This document shows, piece after piece, positions 12,359 through 26,503 of a stretch of 64,000 nt of DNA. The first letter of the stretch is position 1; each line of letters opens with the position of its first letter. The translations under genes and the position numbers were made by a program. The DNA lies in NCBI GenBank assembly GCA_964106645.2, contig OZ067039.1; one strand, 5' to 3'. The DNA is from Podarcis pityusensis (taxonomy: Eukaryota). Under the pieces are notes generated by a model. It did no database searches. It was not told the DNA's origin and saw only the letters and a program-made list of their open reading frames with translations.

Positions 12359-14648
12359 CCCTAGTGATTTTAGAAATGGATAAAACACACCACCTGGATC
12401 ATCAGGTCCCAGGCTATGTCTGCAAACAGGAAAAAAAATCTGCTTATGACTTGTCAACAGAGCAGATGTTACACTAAGGGAAAGGGAACATATTGTCTCC
12501 CATGGGGTCTGTCACTGTCACACAGGTACTCTTCAGAGTGTGACTGCATTGAATTTCCAAGGGCGGGTGGGGGAAACGTGCCCCTGTTTTTCTATTGCAC
12601 ATTGTGAAAAAAAGTCTCCCCCTCTGGAATTAAATATTGCAGAGTCAATACTGCAGAATATTGTTTCCTGGATGAAAGAAGCCTTTCCAAATTCCAGATG
12701 CAAACATCTAGTCCATGTAGAAAGTGCTTCAAGTTTTACATCTCCCTAGCATGAACATGGCTTTTAATATTAGGCCTTTAGCTGTACATCACCTATTGCA
12801 ATAGCAAAGGATATTTGCACATTACGGCTTCTGGGGTCAATTTAGTAATATGGAAAATTGGTAAATAACAGCCAGCCCTATTACAGGCAAGTAGTTGTGT
12901 TTTTCCATAAAAATCTCTCAAGCCCTATAATATTGGCTTTCACAGAGTGTTCTGCCAGCTCCTCAAAGAGTTGACACTTGACTTATTTTTATGCCACATG
13001 AAGTGGTGCAAACCTAAGAAAGGCATGTCCAGAGCATAAATAGATATAAAAAATATAATTCATATTTTTTAAAGCAAGATCTGCATTCACAAGACAAGAT
13101 TTTCCATTTGGATTTTAATGTTTTCATGTTCGCTTAGTTTGGAGAGATTCTTTTGGAGCTCATCACAATCCCTTTTTGTGTTAAGCACCGTGAACAATTT
13201 GGTATCACCAGACATGGCTACTCACTCCTAACTCTAGATCACATTAATCCATGAAAATTGAAAAGGGGGGAACTTACTGTTATCATCTGCTTCAAAAAAA
13301 AAATGTTTCAGAAATGTCACTGAACAATTGAGGAACATGCTTTTAAAAAATGTTTCAGTGTCCTGTTTTTGCTATTTTCCGTTTCAACAATGTTCAAAGT
13401 ACAGCATCCTTTATAGCTCATCTGAAGTGGTAACAAAATTCCTGTCTTTTTCTCTTCCCTTCCCTCTGAACTTCATCATCAGTCCATTCAGCTATCTTTA
13501 CACAGATACTTGAGCCAAGTGATCAAGTGATGAGCTTGCCTCCATTTCCAGGGTGCTAGATTCACATGACAAAACTCTGTCACTTCTTAACTAATGTTGT
13601 TGTGTAAATATAGGTCCAAGTGTTACAAGATCAGTGCTTGAATGAGTTCACTGAAAGCTGCATGTATTCAAAAGAACATTTTTTCTTGGCTCAGAAGCTT
13701 GTGAGAAAAATCTGATAAACATTGCATTCCACTAAATTAAATCGGCAAAATCCACAATTGGGTTTGTAAAGCTGGTAAAATCATGTTCCAGCTTATCAAA
13801 TTGTTGGCCTGGTCCATTTAATTAAAAGTTAAATTGAAGGCAGACATTTATTCCTTCTCAGCATTCTAACACGATGCATGCACATCCATGCTTAGGCTTA
13901 TTTTGCAATTGTGTATAAAACACTATGAGGTGACTGGTCTGTGTGGGGCTATAAAAATCTACACCAAACATTTAGATGCTTTATTAAAAATAGTTTCTTC
14001 CCCACTGTCAAGAGTTGACGTAGCCAGATCTGGAACTTTAGTGAAACCCATAGTTTAAGCTTCTAGGATTCCGATAAATTCTGCTAAATCAGGGCAATAA
14101 ATTTTGAACACAAATTTCTGTTGAAAGTATTACATTGTGTAATTAAAGCTTGGATAATATGTACGCATGTTTCTTGCACTGTGCTATAAACAATGTAATA
14201 GTTGTGTGTGTCTGTCTCTAGGTGAATGTTTAGCTTTAACATGCCTAATGGCAACTTGCATACACACCTGCCTAAATTCCCAGGAAGGGAAGCTCTGCTG
14301 CCTATATAGCTTCCTCAAATTCCCTCAACGCCCACTGGCAGGAGGGAGAAGACAAAAGCTAAGTCGAGACCAGTCTGCATTGGACTGCACCAGACCTGTT
14401 TTGCCTGCTGGTCAAATTTGCTGATTGTTCTCTGTACACCACTGAAGAAGTTATGCTCTAGTAGGTGTTTGCTAAATGTACATTTATTCTGTGGTTATCA
14501 CTGTTGCCCGATTTAAGATTGCTTAATAAAAAAGAATTATCAGGAAAGCATTGGATAAAAAGATAACAGTAATAAAAATCTGCCCTCAGATCCTTTCACT
14601 AACATATTTTTACATTTTCTTGTTTGTTTGTTTCTCTTTTTCTTACAG

Positions 14649-14881
14649 CCCTTTGCTTGCTGTGTCTTTTGCTGCCTCCTGTGCTGTTCCAGGAATAGCT
14701 CTGCTCACCTTCGGAGTAAATCCTCTTACTGCAGCCCTGGGAGCCTTCAACATCATCCTGTACACATGCTGTTACACACCGCTGAAAAGAATTAGCATTG
14801 TCAATACATGGGTAGGAGCTGTGGTTGGTGCTATTCCCCCAATTATGGGTTGGACAGCAGCAACTGGCAGTCTGGATGCAG
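14649..14881 (+). CDS. COX10: COX10 penultimate coding exon (human exon 6 equivalent), protoheme IX farnesyltransferase / heme O synthase
   Basis: Polypyrimidine tract + ttacag acceptor (AG 14647-48); G|gtgag donor at 14882; 233 bp. Translation (S)[77 protein letters not shown](G) matches vertebrate COX10 (UbiA family). Confidence 0.97.
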
Positions 14882-15439
14882 GTGAGAATTACTCTGGGGG
14901 GGAAATGGGACCATGAGGAGGAAGAGAATTGAGTGTCTTCCTCTTAGGGCCAATTGAATGACTTCATTCCCAATAGAGAGATGTATTTTTAACCAATGCC
15001 CACTAGTATCATTCGCATTATCTAGGATCTGCATATTTCTCTGTATACTGCATGACTCTCTCTTCCACTGACTTGGCATTTTGCAGTAAAAAAAACCAAG
15101 ACTGTCTTAGGTTCAGGACCCATTCAGTTCAGTCATAGGCCAACAGGGGTGTGTAGACTGCATAATGACTTGCCTACCTGGTGCAAAGGTTGTGGAAGTC
15201 ACGTTTCATCTAGTTAGACTGGTAGATACCGTCAGAGTAAAGATGACAGTCATGGTGCACGTCAGCACCAGTGAAATGGGGAACTGTAGTTGTGCAGTAT
15301 TGGAAGCAAACTTTAGGTGAGTAAGCAAGAAGCTGATATTCAGAATTGCTTCCTCCAGAATTCTACCTGTCCCATTTGCAGTGCCAGGTAGACAGGCAAA
15401 GCTGAGGCATTTCAATGCATGCCTAAGATTGCAGTGTCA

Positions 15440-15825
15440 AAGGACAGCTTTTGACTTCTTAGGCACTGAAGAAGGTTTTGTAATAAGCCAAGCGTATACA
15501 AAAGGGACAGGTTCCGCTTGAACCAAAAAGGAACCTGGCTACTAGCACTTAGGATCAAAACAATGGCAGAGAGTAGGAATAAATTGACTGTTCTCACAGT
15601 GGAGGGATGAGAAAAGTGTGCTCTATTAGAACCAGTACTTTTTAACTTGCTCATAATTAAACTTGCATTAGAGCTGAGCAGTGAGGTGGCCAAGTGGTAA
15701 AAACAAAAAAAGAGTTCCAGGAGTTCCAAAATGATCTTTCTTAACTGGGTGAACTGGCAATAAAATGACAAGCGCAGTTTAGTCAGCATGAAGTGACTTA
15801 CATCGGGGCAAAACATCCCTAATTC
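15440..15825 (+). mobile_element. Old degenerate CR1 RT fragment
   Basis: Decayed homology to the CR1 RT region (W-L..R-KQRV-IN, S-L-PVLFN, ELQ-DL, HIGAK-P) recognisable at DNA level, with many stops and indels. Confidence 0.6.
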
Positions 15826-18800
15826 TCCTAACCACTATCCCTATTCAGCTGCTGAAGACTATTGCTTAAAGGTCTGAAATATGGGGAGCCTGGTTCTGTG
15901 CATGTAGGCACAGGATTCTAAACCACTCAAGGAGCCCTCAGATCTTTAGGACACAGGGCAGGGCCACAGAGTGCAGCCCTGCTCTCCTCTCTCTTAGTTG
16001 TAATCATGTGCAAGGATAATGATTAAAGAGAGCTGCTAAGTTAGTCTTAGTGGCCCCCGAATAGCAGTTGCTAGGGAACAATTGTCCTGCTTTCGAGCTT
16101 TCCATTAGTCCAAAAGTGAGCTAGTACTCACCCTCATACTAATAACACTGCAAATGGACAAACTTTGTTGAGATCACAACTTGGGATGGAAGGATAAAAG
16201 CTGCAGGTCTCTGCCCTGCACCTATTACTATTTTTTTTTTAAAAAAAAAAACTTGCCATGCTTCCAAGTGATGCATTTAGTGTTGTGTGCAGTTTGGCCC
16301 TCAGGCATATGTAAATGCAAGCCTTCATCCTTCTCTCCCTTTTCTGTGCTCACATGCTCTGTGTTTCTACAGGAACTATTCATCACCGAGTCAGCCAAAA
16401 GTCAACCAGGATTATGTGACTCCTCCTAGTTTGAAGATCAAACATAACCTTCAGTTTTGCAGTGCTCTTGTGATTCTCTTTGCAGTGTGTGTCACGATAG
16501 GATCTCAAATTCATGCAACAAGATCAGAGAAATGTTGTGTTAGCTCAGTGGGCCTGCTCCCTTCATTGATGCTGCTGCTTTTGAAGCAAAGACTACAGAG
16601 ACCTGAAAATGCAGCGTCAAGTCTTAATGAAACTTCCTGAGGTGACCAGACTTTTGGGGGGCATGTTGTATTCTTTTTAGCATTACAAAGCATTTGTTGT
16701 TCTAGGCACAAGTGATCAGAGTAGTAGAAAAGAGAGACAATGTGAACAGATTCAGTTATGAACCAGGGGAACATGGTAGAGAAAATCAAGATGAAAATGC
16801 AAAAAGGTCCTAACTCTAGCCCTTCTGCAGTGAAGGAGACAAAGAAGTTTAATTCAAATGATTAACTCATATTAGAAGCTGTGTGTCCTCTGTGACATGA
16901 CTAGTGAATGTTCAACAACCAAAGCAGGGCTTCTGCTGTACAGTTGTCATGTTCACTTATCTGCACTGTGTTTCTGGCTGCAATTACAAGTCCTGTGGCT
17001 TCTGCTGCCTCTCTGTCTTCCCCTCTGTTCTCCATCTCACTAAAACCAAACCCAAATTCCTTGAAAATCTCACTGTTAAAAGGTACAGATACCTTGCTAA
17101 GCAAATACATGCCGTGTTGGTAATATACACAGATAACTCTGACCATGGAGTTTGGATTATTCCCTAATACAGAATCTGAATTTTATTTTGTTTCTTGATA
17201 TGGAAAATGCCCAACCCTATCTGTCTCTCCAAGTGTCAGAAACTAGCACCAAATGTTGGCTTCCGCAAGCGGGACTTGTTAGTTGAATCTAGGCCAATTA
17301 TACATGTTATTTATATACATAACTCTGAGTAGTAATTGGCAGTGCTCATGAAGTTGTTACAGTAAGTGCCACACTTTTAATATTTGGGAGGAGGGAGAGG
17401 TCCCTGTACTTCATACCCTTGAGTACCTCCCAGGGGGAAGCACTAGAATAGGTAATAGTGGCCAATCTCAGAAGAAGCATTTTAGCCCATGTTCTCTCAT
17501 AATAACTAAGCATTGGATCTTCTCTGCCCCTTCCCACTCAAAACGCTCAACCATAGGCTTATTTGCAGGAGGGTGAGGGGAGGTAACCATGCACAGAAAC
17601 TATTTCTTTGATTAAAGGCTCATGCCTGCAGTTGGTTGATAGTTTCATATAGATGTTAGGAATGGTTTTTGGTATGGACAAGCGGAGTATGCCATCTGCT
17701 TCTAAATCATGTAAGCCACATCTCTGGAACCCATTAATGTTTCCTAATTAACTAGCTGAAGCAACTTGGCTTTAGGTAGAAGCGTGGGAATACATTTGCA
17801 CCTTGTTAAAAAGAAGGGGAAAGAGCCTACCCTACTGAGCAGCGATAAGGAACATAAAGCCGGGGAGAAAGAAATTTTAAGGCTGCCCATAGTGCTTGCC
17901 ATGTTTTACTTTTTATTAGGGAGCTTCTTCTCAAGCAAGCAGTCTTTTCTGGTTATTATGCTAAAGCCAGTCATGCAAGGTGAATCACTTCTTCATCCTT
18001 CCTTCATTTTACTATCAAAACTGTCTCCTGCTTCTCCAGGGAGGTGGGGAGGAGAGGGCATCTAGCCAATGCTGCCGCTGTTGCTCAAGCAGACTGTATG
18101 TTTACTTGATCAGTTCCAGTCTTGAGCGCTTGCCACATCATATAACTTTTTCCTAGGGAACAGTTCAGGATCAAAATATGAACCTTTCTCTGTGAGCATT
18201 GGTTGGCTAAAATTGGCCAGGTTTAAACTAACAATGCTCAGAGTCAATTTTATCATCAACTGTGGTAGCAGAAATTGCACACGTGTTAAATTTAATCAGG
18301 TTCATGGGGGGCTGGGACCAGCATCTCTTAGCAAGGCGAACGCATGCACTTGCCAAGGCGGGTACAGAGAATTTCCCTCCCCGAAAGGGAACCCCATCTC
18401 CAGTTTCTTTTTCCCCCCTGTTTCAAGGAGGAAGAACATTATCATGACAGGAAATGGGAGGCTGGTGGAAAATGCCAAAAGAACAAAGCAGTCTCATTTT
18501 TATAGAAGCAGTAAGACTCAGATCAAACTTCTCTCTTGCTGGCAGGAGATCATGGCTTGTGTTTAGTAACACGGCCAAAAAGAGGAATATTAATAATATG
18601 TCCTTTTTTAAAGAAGAAGAAGTTTAAATATTGTAATGGGGAATTTCATACTGTGTGTTGTACAGCCTGGGACTCAGGTCTTGGCATTACCACATTTCCT
18701 TATGAAAGCAATAGGTTCTGGTATCCTTTCAGGAGTGGTGGCTAGCTCCCAGCATCTGAAGTGTACTCAGGAGACTGCAGAACATAGCAACCCAGTGCCA

Positions 18801-20097
18801 TGAAAGCACATCCAATTCTGAGCCACCCAGTTTGCTTGAAGTGACAAGCGGGGATCTCTGCCATAATGTGCTTTATCAGTTAAGGGGATTTACTCTGGGT
18901 AGGCGGTGGTGGCAGAGCAGATAACAGCCTCGCAAATGTAACAGACGTTAGAGACCCACAGTGGCCTGGAGCCATTGGTATTACTGCTCCCAAGAATGTT
19001 TATCTCAAGAGACTATTTAGTTTATCTCAGATGCCCCACTTTTACCTTCTGTTTTCCTGAAAGACATCTTGTCCTGATTTTCATTCATTTTCTGAAAATT
19101 TAAATAATTCCTGGGGCTATGGAATTTATAGACTGCCTGTGTATGTACCAACGGTAATCACGCAGAGGCTGATTTTCAAATTGCCTTGACTTTGTAATTC
19201 AAATTGGGTTGTGGGCTAGACATTAATTATGTCAGCCAACATCTATTTACAACCGGGGGATTTTAAACTGGGCAGTTCTTATCAGCAAGTGACATTTGGC
19301 AGATGGATGGGTTTAGCAACAAAACAGTGAAGAGAGAGGAAAAGGACAATTGTGTAGAGCCTTTCCTCATTTGTATAGCCCTTGTCTGCCCGGAAGGAGA
19401 GCAGTAAAGAGAGGACCTCACTTTGTTCAGAATAAGTGACACTGAACTTTGTTCCTATTTCCTTCAAATGTTTTTTTTTTTTTTTTTTAATTAACTGGAT
19501 CATGTTTTGAACAGCCTGCTGGCAAAATGTGTAACTGAGCAGTTTTAGAGAAAAAGACAAATTTTTGCCTGGAGCACATTATCCTGGCTGTAGAAATAGA
19601 GGCCTAGAGATGTGGGCTGGCATTGATTGACCTTAGCAAAGGCTTGAGACTTCTCTTCCTCTTCAAAATGATGATCCAAGAAGCCTCTTACTCAGTTTGT
19701 ACAAAAGACAGAGGTATGTCATCATTGATCTGTGAGCATAGGACGCACAAAGGCAGAGGGCCCCGTTGCTCCATGTAGTAAATGTGGAGGCAGATGGGCA
19801 GGGCTAGTAGGCAGCTGTTTTAAATTTAATAAGACAAAAGTCAGTCGATTATTTGCCTCCCCCACCCACGCTTACTTTTGCAGACACAAAAGCGATAGTG
19901 ATTCTGCTATTGGGACACCTGAGGGACTGATGCAATCAAAGTCGAAGCCCACTCAGTAAATTCATTGTCACCTACACACTGTACACAGCTGTGTTAAGTT
20001 CCAAGTGCTTTCATCTTCCAAATAAAGAATATTAAATGGCCCATATGGGACAGCTGCTCCAGTTCACCTCACCTCCCAAATATGCATTATGAAGTAA

Positions 20098-20111
20098 CCA
20101 GTAGGGGGCAC
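20098..20111 (+). promoter_or_regulatory. Candidate CTCF binding site (forward)
   Basis: CCAGTAGGGGGCAC matches the core consensus CCASYAGRKGGCRS at 14/14. Binding itself is inferred. Confidence 0.6.
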
Positions 20112-20339
20112 CAGAGTAGTAGCAGGAAAATTGCATTGGCTTAAGAAAAGGCAGTGTTTGAGGTTTAGAGAGCTAAAATTAACTTTTTAAAGTTGTGTTG
20201 AGTTAAAAAAAGTGTTAAAAATATCCTCTTGCAAGCAAGTTGGTGAACTTCCCTTAGTGCCTTGCAAAAATATGGCCTTTCCTGTCTTGCAGCCTTGCTG
20301 GAACTTCCAGTCATCTCCCACCTTAACTGCTACAGTCTT

Positions 20340-20890
20340 TGCATCTCTACGATCACATTCCCACCTACTCCCTTGCCTCTGACCAAAATCATTCACCTCT
20401 GTCATCACTGAGACCACATGACACCCTTTCTTACCTCCTCCATTCCTGGATCTAGCACAAACATTTGTCCTTGCCTTCATTACTCTGCCTCCCCTGATTA
20501 TTCTGCCTGCATATCCATACCCATAATCTTCACTCTTGCATCTCCACCATCCTTTGTCCGTCCCCCACATCTTCAATGCCCAGAACTGCCTCCAGAAACC
20601 ATTTGATGCTGCATCTTATTTCCTTCAGACTCTGTCCCCAAATTCAGTTTCCTTGAAGAACTTCGACACAGACACTTACAGTTCTTCCTCTGCCGAAACC
20701 AAGCCTAAGCACTTGTAATGAAGCTCAAGGCATATCCTGCCCATGTTCACCCTTACTGCCAGTTTATGTCTCTCCTTCTATTCTTCCCATCCACCCCACG
20801 GCAAGTCTTAAGATGATAAGCTGATCAGGGCGCTGTGTTTTTTTAATTCTCCATAGGGAACTATGCATATTGATGGTGCTGTATAAATGA
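20340..20890 (+). mobile_element. Ancient L2 LINE 3' fragment
   Basis: Pyrimidine-rich stretch with KII-L..DH-TP-L-like remnants (ccaaaatcattcacctctgtcatcactgagaccacatgacaccc) and an L2-like tail gcatattgatggtgctgtataaatgataa. Confidence 0.55.
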
Positions 20891-21589
20891 TAACTGTTAA
20901 ATGCCGTCATCATTTCCTCACTACACCTGGACATGGTTTCAAAACAGTGGTCATTGGAAACAGCCGAGACTTGCCTTGACTGAATTGTGGTCAAACTTCT
21001 ATGCTTCAAATTCACAACCTTTATTTTGACTGTGTTTTTGGTCTTCATAGCCACTGCTACATTCAGAGGCACCAACATGATATATGGGTACCATGGAAGA
21101 AGTAAGACTTTGAATATTGCAAACGGCTTGTTTGCCACTAGCATATATAACGACTAAGATGTAGCAGATGCTGGAGAAGGAGAGATGCAAAGGAGCATGC
21201 GTGGCAAAGTAACACGCAGTCAACATCTTCTACGGAAGATTTATGCCTTGTTCTGCACTTCACCACATGCCCACCCCTTCCTTGTGAACCCTCCTGAATG
21301 TTGGTGCTCTTATCCACCTATTGGACCTGGTGTTGATTTAAATAAAGTTTCTCACTTTCTCATTCATATGTTTCCCAATCAACCATTCTAATTGGTTGTG
21401 GTAACAAATAAAACATGTTTTAAACTTGGCCACTATGATTCATGCATTGGTAACTTTACAATTGGACTCCTATAATTTGTTCTTTGTGGGACTTCCCCTA
21501 AGACTGGTCTGGAGGCTTTTGGAGAGTCCTGTGCCCAGGTGGTTGAGTGGAACACCTTGATGCACACATAATTTTACACCTGTGCATAA

Positions 21590-21880
21590 GGAGCAGCTGC
21601 TGTGCAGCTAGCCAGTCATGTACAAGGTCTTGTTACTAACATATAAAACCCTGAACAACTCAGGGCCAGGTTACCTGAAAGACTTCCTTCCCTGTCTGCA
21701 AGAAGATTTAGATCATCTGGGGAAAATTTACTTGTGGCACCACATCCTACAAAACATCACAAGGCACCCTACAGAATAACACAAAACAGGTATTTTCCAT
21801 CATTGCCCCTACACTTGATCTCCATATGTGTCTATGAGAGAGAGAACCTTTGTACTCAAAACTTGCTGAAAATTCACTTG
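21590..21880 (+). mobile_element. Degenerate L2 LINE fragment
   Basis: tacaaggtcttgttactaacatataaaaccctgaacaactcagggccaggttacctgaaagac = YKVLLLTYKTLNNSGPGYLKD, the L2 ORF2 C-terminal motif also present at 62540-62600. Confidence 0.7.
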
Positions 21881-24800
21881 ACTGTTTCCATTTGGTTTGA
21901 TCAAGGGATATAGATTCTGTTTAAAGAGATTGAGACTGCAATCTTATGGTCACTTTTGGCAGTAAGACCCATTTGAACTCGCTTCCCCCTTCCTCTCCTC
22001 TCCCATGCAGCTCCCTGCGTGCCCCAAATATCTGCTCCAGAGCATCCCCCAACCCAAAGGTGAAGGAAGAAATGGAAAGGGGGTCCTGTTGTGGAAACAG
22101 ATATATTTTAGATTTCCGTCTATTCTTGTACCCTAGTATTTCTTCCTTTCTCCCACCACAAAACCTTCAGTCCTATTGAGTTATGCAAAATGCATCTTGA
22201 CAAATTGCTGCATTCTGTCTTACAGTATTAAAAGTAGAGCAGAAATTGGATTTTTCTAACCACATAATTTGGAGGTCTTAACCGATCTCTCCATCCATCA
22301 CTGCTATATCTTCCTTGCTTCAGTGTGGGCAGGTAGTGTGTTGTTTTTGCTGGATCAGCTTTTGCTGACGGGCATATTCAGATGATGGAAACCTAATTCT
22401 GTAGGCAAAGATAAGGTTCAGTTATACTTCATCTCATTTTCCAGGTTGAACATGGAACAACTACAGCTACATAACCGCCAGCCGTGTTTATCCAAAGGCA
22501 AATGGGTGCAGCTGGATTTGCTCTTGTTTTCCAGCTCTAATCTCCCTCATCTGGACCAAGGAGGAGTAATTTGTTTTAGCATCTTTTTAGCTAAGAGTAG
22601 CTGGTTTGTTACCATACCAAGATAGAAGAAAACAACCACACACAGTTCTAAGTACAGGCCATTAATGGCTAAACTTAGACTTCAAAATCCCTCTAACGTC
22701 TTACATAAACTTAAACATTTAATTTATTTCCTAGAGAGACAAGAAGCTGGTGCTTCCCGCCGCCCCCCACCTCCACTCTTAACCTCCCCCTCATGTGTCA
22801 GTCAGCTACCAGAATCTGGAAATGATTTTAAAATTCCTTCATATTATTCAAGGCAGAAGAATTACCAAAATTGTGCTCTAAGCAAAACAGCATTCTTGGG
22901 TTGCCAAGGCAGTAAACAATGGCTTTAGGAAATGCAATAAGACTTCAACATCTGTTTTGGAGCTGATATTTTAACCATTCTGTGTTTATTTTACATGCCT
23001 GGTTGGTGATCTCTGTCATACATCTGTGAAGCCAAAAACCAAGACAATGAAAGAGGTAGCAAGTCAGTTTGGAGCTCCAACTATAAGCCTGGTTTTCCAT
23101 GCTGAGTTTTTAACATAAAAGTGCTTCTGGCTTTTGTCTCAAGTTTGTGAATGATAACATAGTTTAGCAAATCATGCTACCATTACAAGACTTTTTGCAT
23201 ACACCTAGGACAGTCATGAGTTTTAAAAGAACATCATTGTGCTTGACAGCTTTAGATAGAAAAGCACGAATATCCTGCACCCTCAATCTCATGTGGAACC
23301 TTAAAGGTTGCTGAAAATATCCTCCTGAAACAGTAACACCACTCAACAATAGCAGAAGTACTAGATTAAGTAGCTGCACAGGTTAACCACAGGAAGTTGA
23401 CTATCAGCCAAACTTGTCATGGCACCAAATGCATCATTGGCACCCATATTACATGGTCAGGATAGGAAACCCAACTGTTTCTCAGCAGCAGTTCTGACAG
23501 TCTCCCAGCTGTTATCTATCCCAAGAAGAAAATGGGAGCTTTCTTTTCAGGGCCAACACAGCCATGGGAAAGGGATGATCTCCATCAGTACTTCAGTGAG
23601 GTATGAAAGGGCTGAACATCTGCTTCCTACTTCTGCAATCCTGACAAAATCAGACATCACCACCTGCGCCTAACATCACTTTTTAAAAAACAAGCATGCA
23701 GGCATATTATCAGTGTTGCACCTAGCATCATGCTGTATGTAGTTCAGCCTTGATGGGTCTTTTCCCATAATGCACACATAAATACACTTAAACTGGAATC
23801 CCAAACACAGTAGGGAGTAAGAACCATTTGGCAAAATCATACTGACTTCCAAGTAATTTGGAATTTGGAAACGCTTTCTCAGGGCAGCTGACACAGTGTA
23901 GTAAAAACAGTAAAAAATAATTTATACTCTCTTAAGATTTAGTTTAGAGTGCATTTTTTTAGCCTCATCCAAAGGAATTTGCACAGAGGAGCACATAAAG
24001 ATTTATGCCACTGCTACTGAAGCACTATCCACTGCATGGCAATTGAGATAGAGGCAGACAACGCTGTTCCAGTTGCTATTGAATCTCTGAATCTCCATGT
24101 AGGATTGCTAGGAGGCTCCTCCCGACTAAGCCTGCAAAATAGCACCAGTTGCTACTAAGTACCCCCAGAGTGGGAACACAAGTGGCTATTTCTGTATCAG
24201 CACTTTGAGTAATCCCAGCATCACTACAAGTCTGCCCTGTCAGACAAAGGTTTTGAAAATGTAAAGGTAGAGTCTGGACCCAGTTGCACTGAAAAACCTA
24301 ATTCTGTACTGCACAGCAAGAAACGAAGCCATGCATGTTGCAATCAAGTTGACTTTGCAGTATCTCCTAGAAAGATTGCGTGAGAAGGCAGGCCCCTCAT
24401 AAAACAACTGCCCTTGTTTGGCACATCAGTTGTCTGGTTTGGAGCTGGGAGTTTCACCTGAAATGTTGGTTGTTTTTTGACAAGGAAGTGAGAGTTGGAA
24501 GTTATTTCTGAGACAGCATTAGGACATCTTGCCTTCTTGTTGCTCCCAGCGTCCATCCCTTTGCAAACAAAATGGACTTTGATTCATCTTCTGCAAGAAG
24601 GCATAACTTCACTGTAACAACATCACTTCAGAAGTTGAATCTGTGAAAATCAGTCAAGCTTTATTAAAGCGTAGGCCCTAAAGATGTCCCTTGTGAAACA
24701 GAATGAAGCAGATTCTAATGGGCATCTGTGCTAAATTCCAGTGGAGCAGGATCTAGTCTTGTAGCATAAGTTTTTGAAAGACTGCAGTTGTGAGGAAATA

Positions 24801-25566
24801 TTCCCATAGTTATATTCAGTGGATCTCTGGGCCTATTTTCCCCTTTAATTCTTGCTTCTGTATAAACTTTTAGGTGGTGTTCAGGGATAGGTAACACAGA
24901 GACCCCGAATGTTGAAAGAACTGAAACAACCTTACAATTCTATAATTCTATGAATTGTTTACTCTTCAGTTTCAGGTCTCTGCCAAGCATTCATGGATCA
25001 ACAGAAGGTCCTATGATACTGAATTCTAAGATGTATGGAGTGTACAGAATTGAGAAGTTAGTTACTTAACACTTTCGGCCCTCTGTAGCCCTACGTTATG
25101 TGGCTGTTATAGGGTTGGCAACATACATTTCTGCTTAGGAAACCTATGGCAAAATATAGCAAGGTAACATGCAGGTGGTGACTGGAATCTTCTCTAGATT
25201 TCTGCTGAGCAAAATTTTAAAAACTTATTCAGTAGCCAAAGTTTATTGAATATTCTTCACTGTATTTGTTTTATATGTGTACCTTTGCGGAGTGGGTTCT
25301 GCACAGAGCTGATGTACAGTCGGTTTGGCCTATGTGAAAATATGGTGTGTGAAGTATCAAAAAGGTGGAACCAAATGTGGAAACCAAAGGATAAAATGTA
25401 TCTTAAGTGTTTTCTACAACAAATGGAAAGTGTGTTTTTTTCTCACAGAAGAGTCTAAGATGTTATTTTTTTTTCTAAATAGATAGATGATAGATATGCA
25501 GTTCGTAGATATTTTGCTCATTGTCTTCTACTTACAGTCTAGAATTGATGATGATGGCTTAAGAAG

Positions 25567-25872
25567 TAAGGTGACCATTTATGCATCACCAAAAAAAAAA
25601 AACCCCCACAGATTTGCATAACATTTACATAATGCTATTTTACATGTAGAGGTGCAGATTTTAAAATAATAATTTAAATAGAAATACAATGCATTTCACC
25701 TTAGTGGGGAGAATTGTGACCTGTGTGCCTGCTCAGTCAGTTCTCCAGGTTGGTAACTATTGTCAAGCAACTTCAGGGGTCCTGCTTTCCTTTTTATGGT
25801 TCTTTATCTTTAAAAAAGCATCTCTTCCAATAGAGGACTGTCCTCTGAAAAGTAGAACATGTGGCCACCCTA
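25567..25872. mobile_element. hAT-type non-autonomous element
   Basis: Imperfect TIRs taaggtgaccat / gtggccacccta. 8-bp TSD ttaagaag (25559-66) / tcaagaag (25873-80). Confidence 0.7.
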
Positions 25873-26503
25873 TCAAGAAGTCATAATCAGTTAGTCCTAG
25901 CTGGGGCCCTGTCCCCAAATCATCATCTTTTTATTGTCTCCAGATGAGGCCTCAGGCACTGCTTTTGGTTCCGAAAGCCTCAGTTTCTTGCTTTCTGCAA
26001 ACATATAATTGTGTGAACAAAAATACAAACATTGCCGAATTCAAAATTGTAGATGAGAAGTGTGATTAAATTGTGTATTTATGACTTGCCGGAAACGTAC
26101 TAGAAGTAAACAGGTTGGACAAGGAATGCAAAAAACATCCCTGCATCCCATGGAAGTAGCACATACATTGCTTGGGTTCTGAGCCTTTTGCAAGCGTTCT
26201 TACTCCAAAAATGATAGAATGATAGAAGCATCTTTTTTTAAGAGTAACATTTAGCAACTCCTGCATCTGAAAAGGGTATTTGGAGTTTATGTGGAGAGTC
26301 GAGTAAACTGTTCCACACAGCTCCATCCTGTATACCTTTCACTGCCTTGGGGCAAGCTGATTATATTAATGAGACTTCTGCACCTGCAAGTGATTTACTG
26401 GGTGTACGAAATGAAGACGCAGAAACCTCAGCCAAGTTATCCCGATTTCTGTGTCAGTGGCCCTGGCATACACCCTAATGCCTTGATTTCTCTTCGTTTG
26501 CAG

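Noticed and set aside
14551-14648. 5' part of the 121-aa ORF upstream of the COX10 exon
   Set aside because: It is the intronic polypyrimidine tract; the exon starts after the AG at 14647-48.
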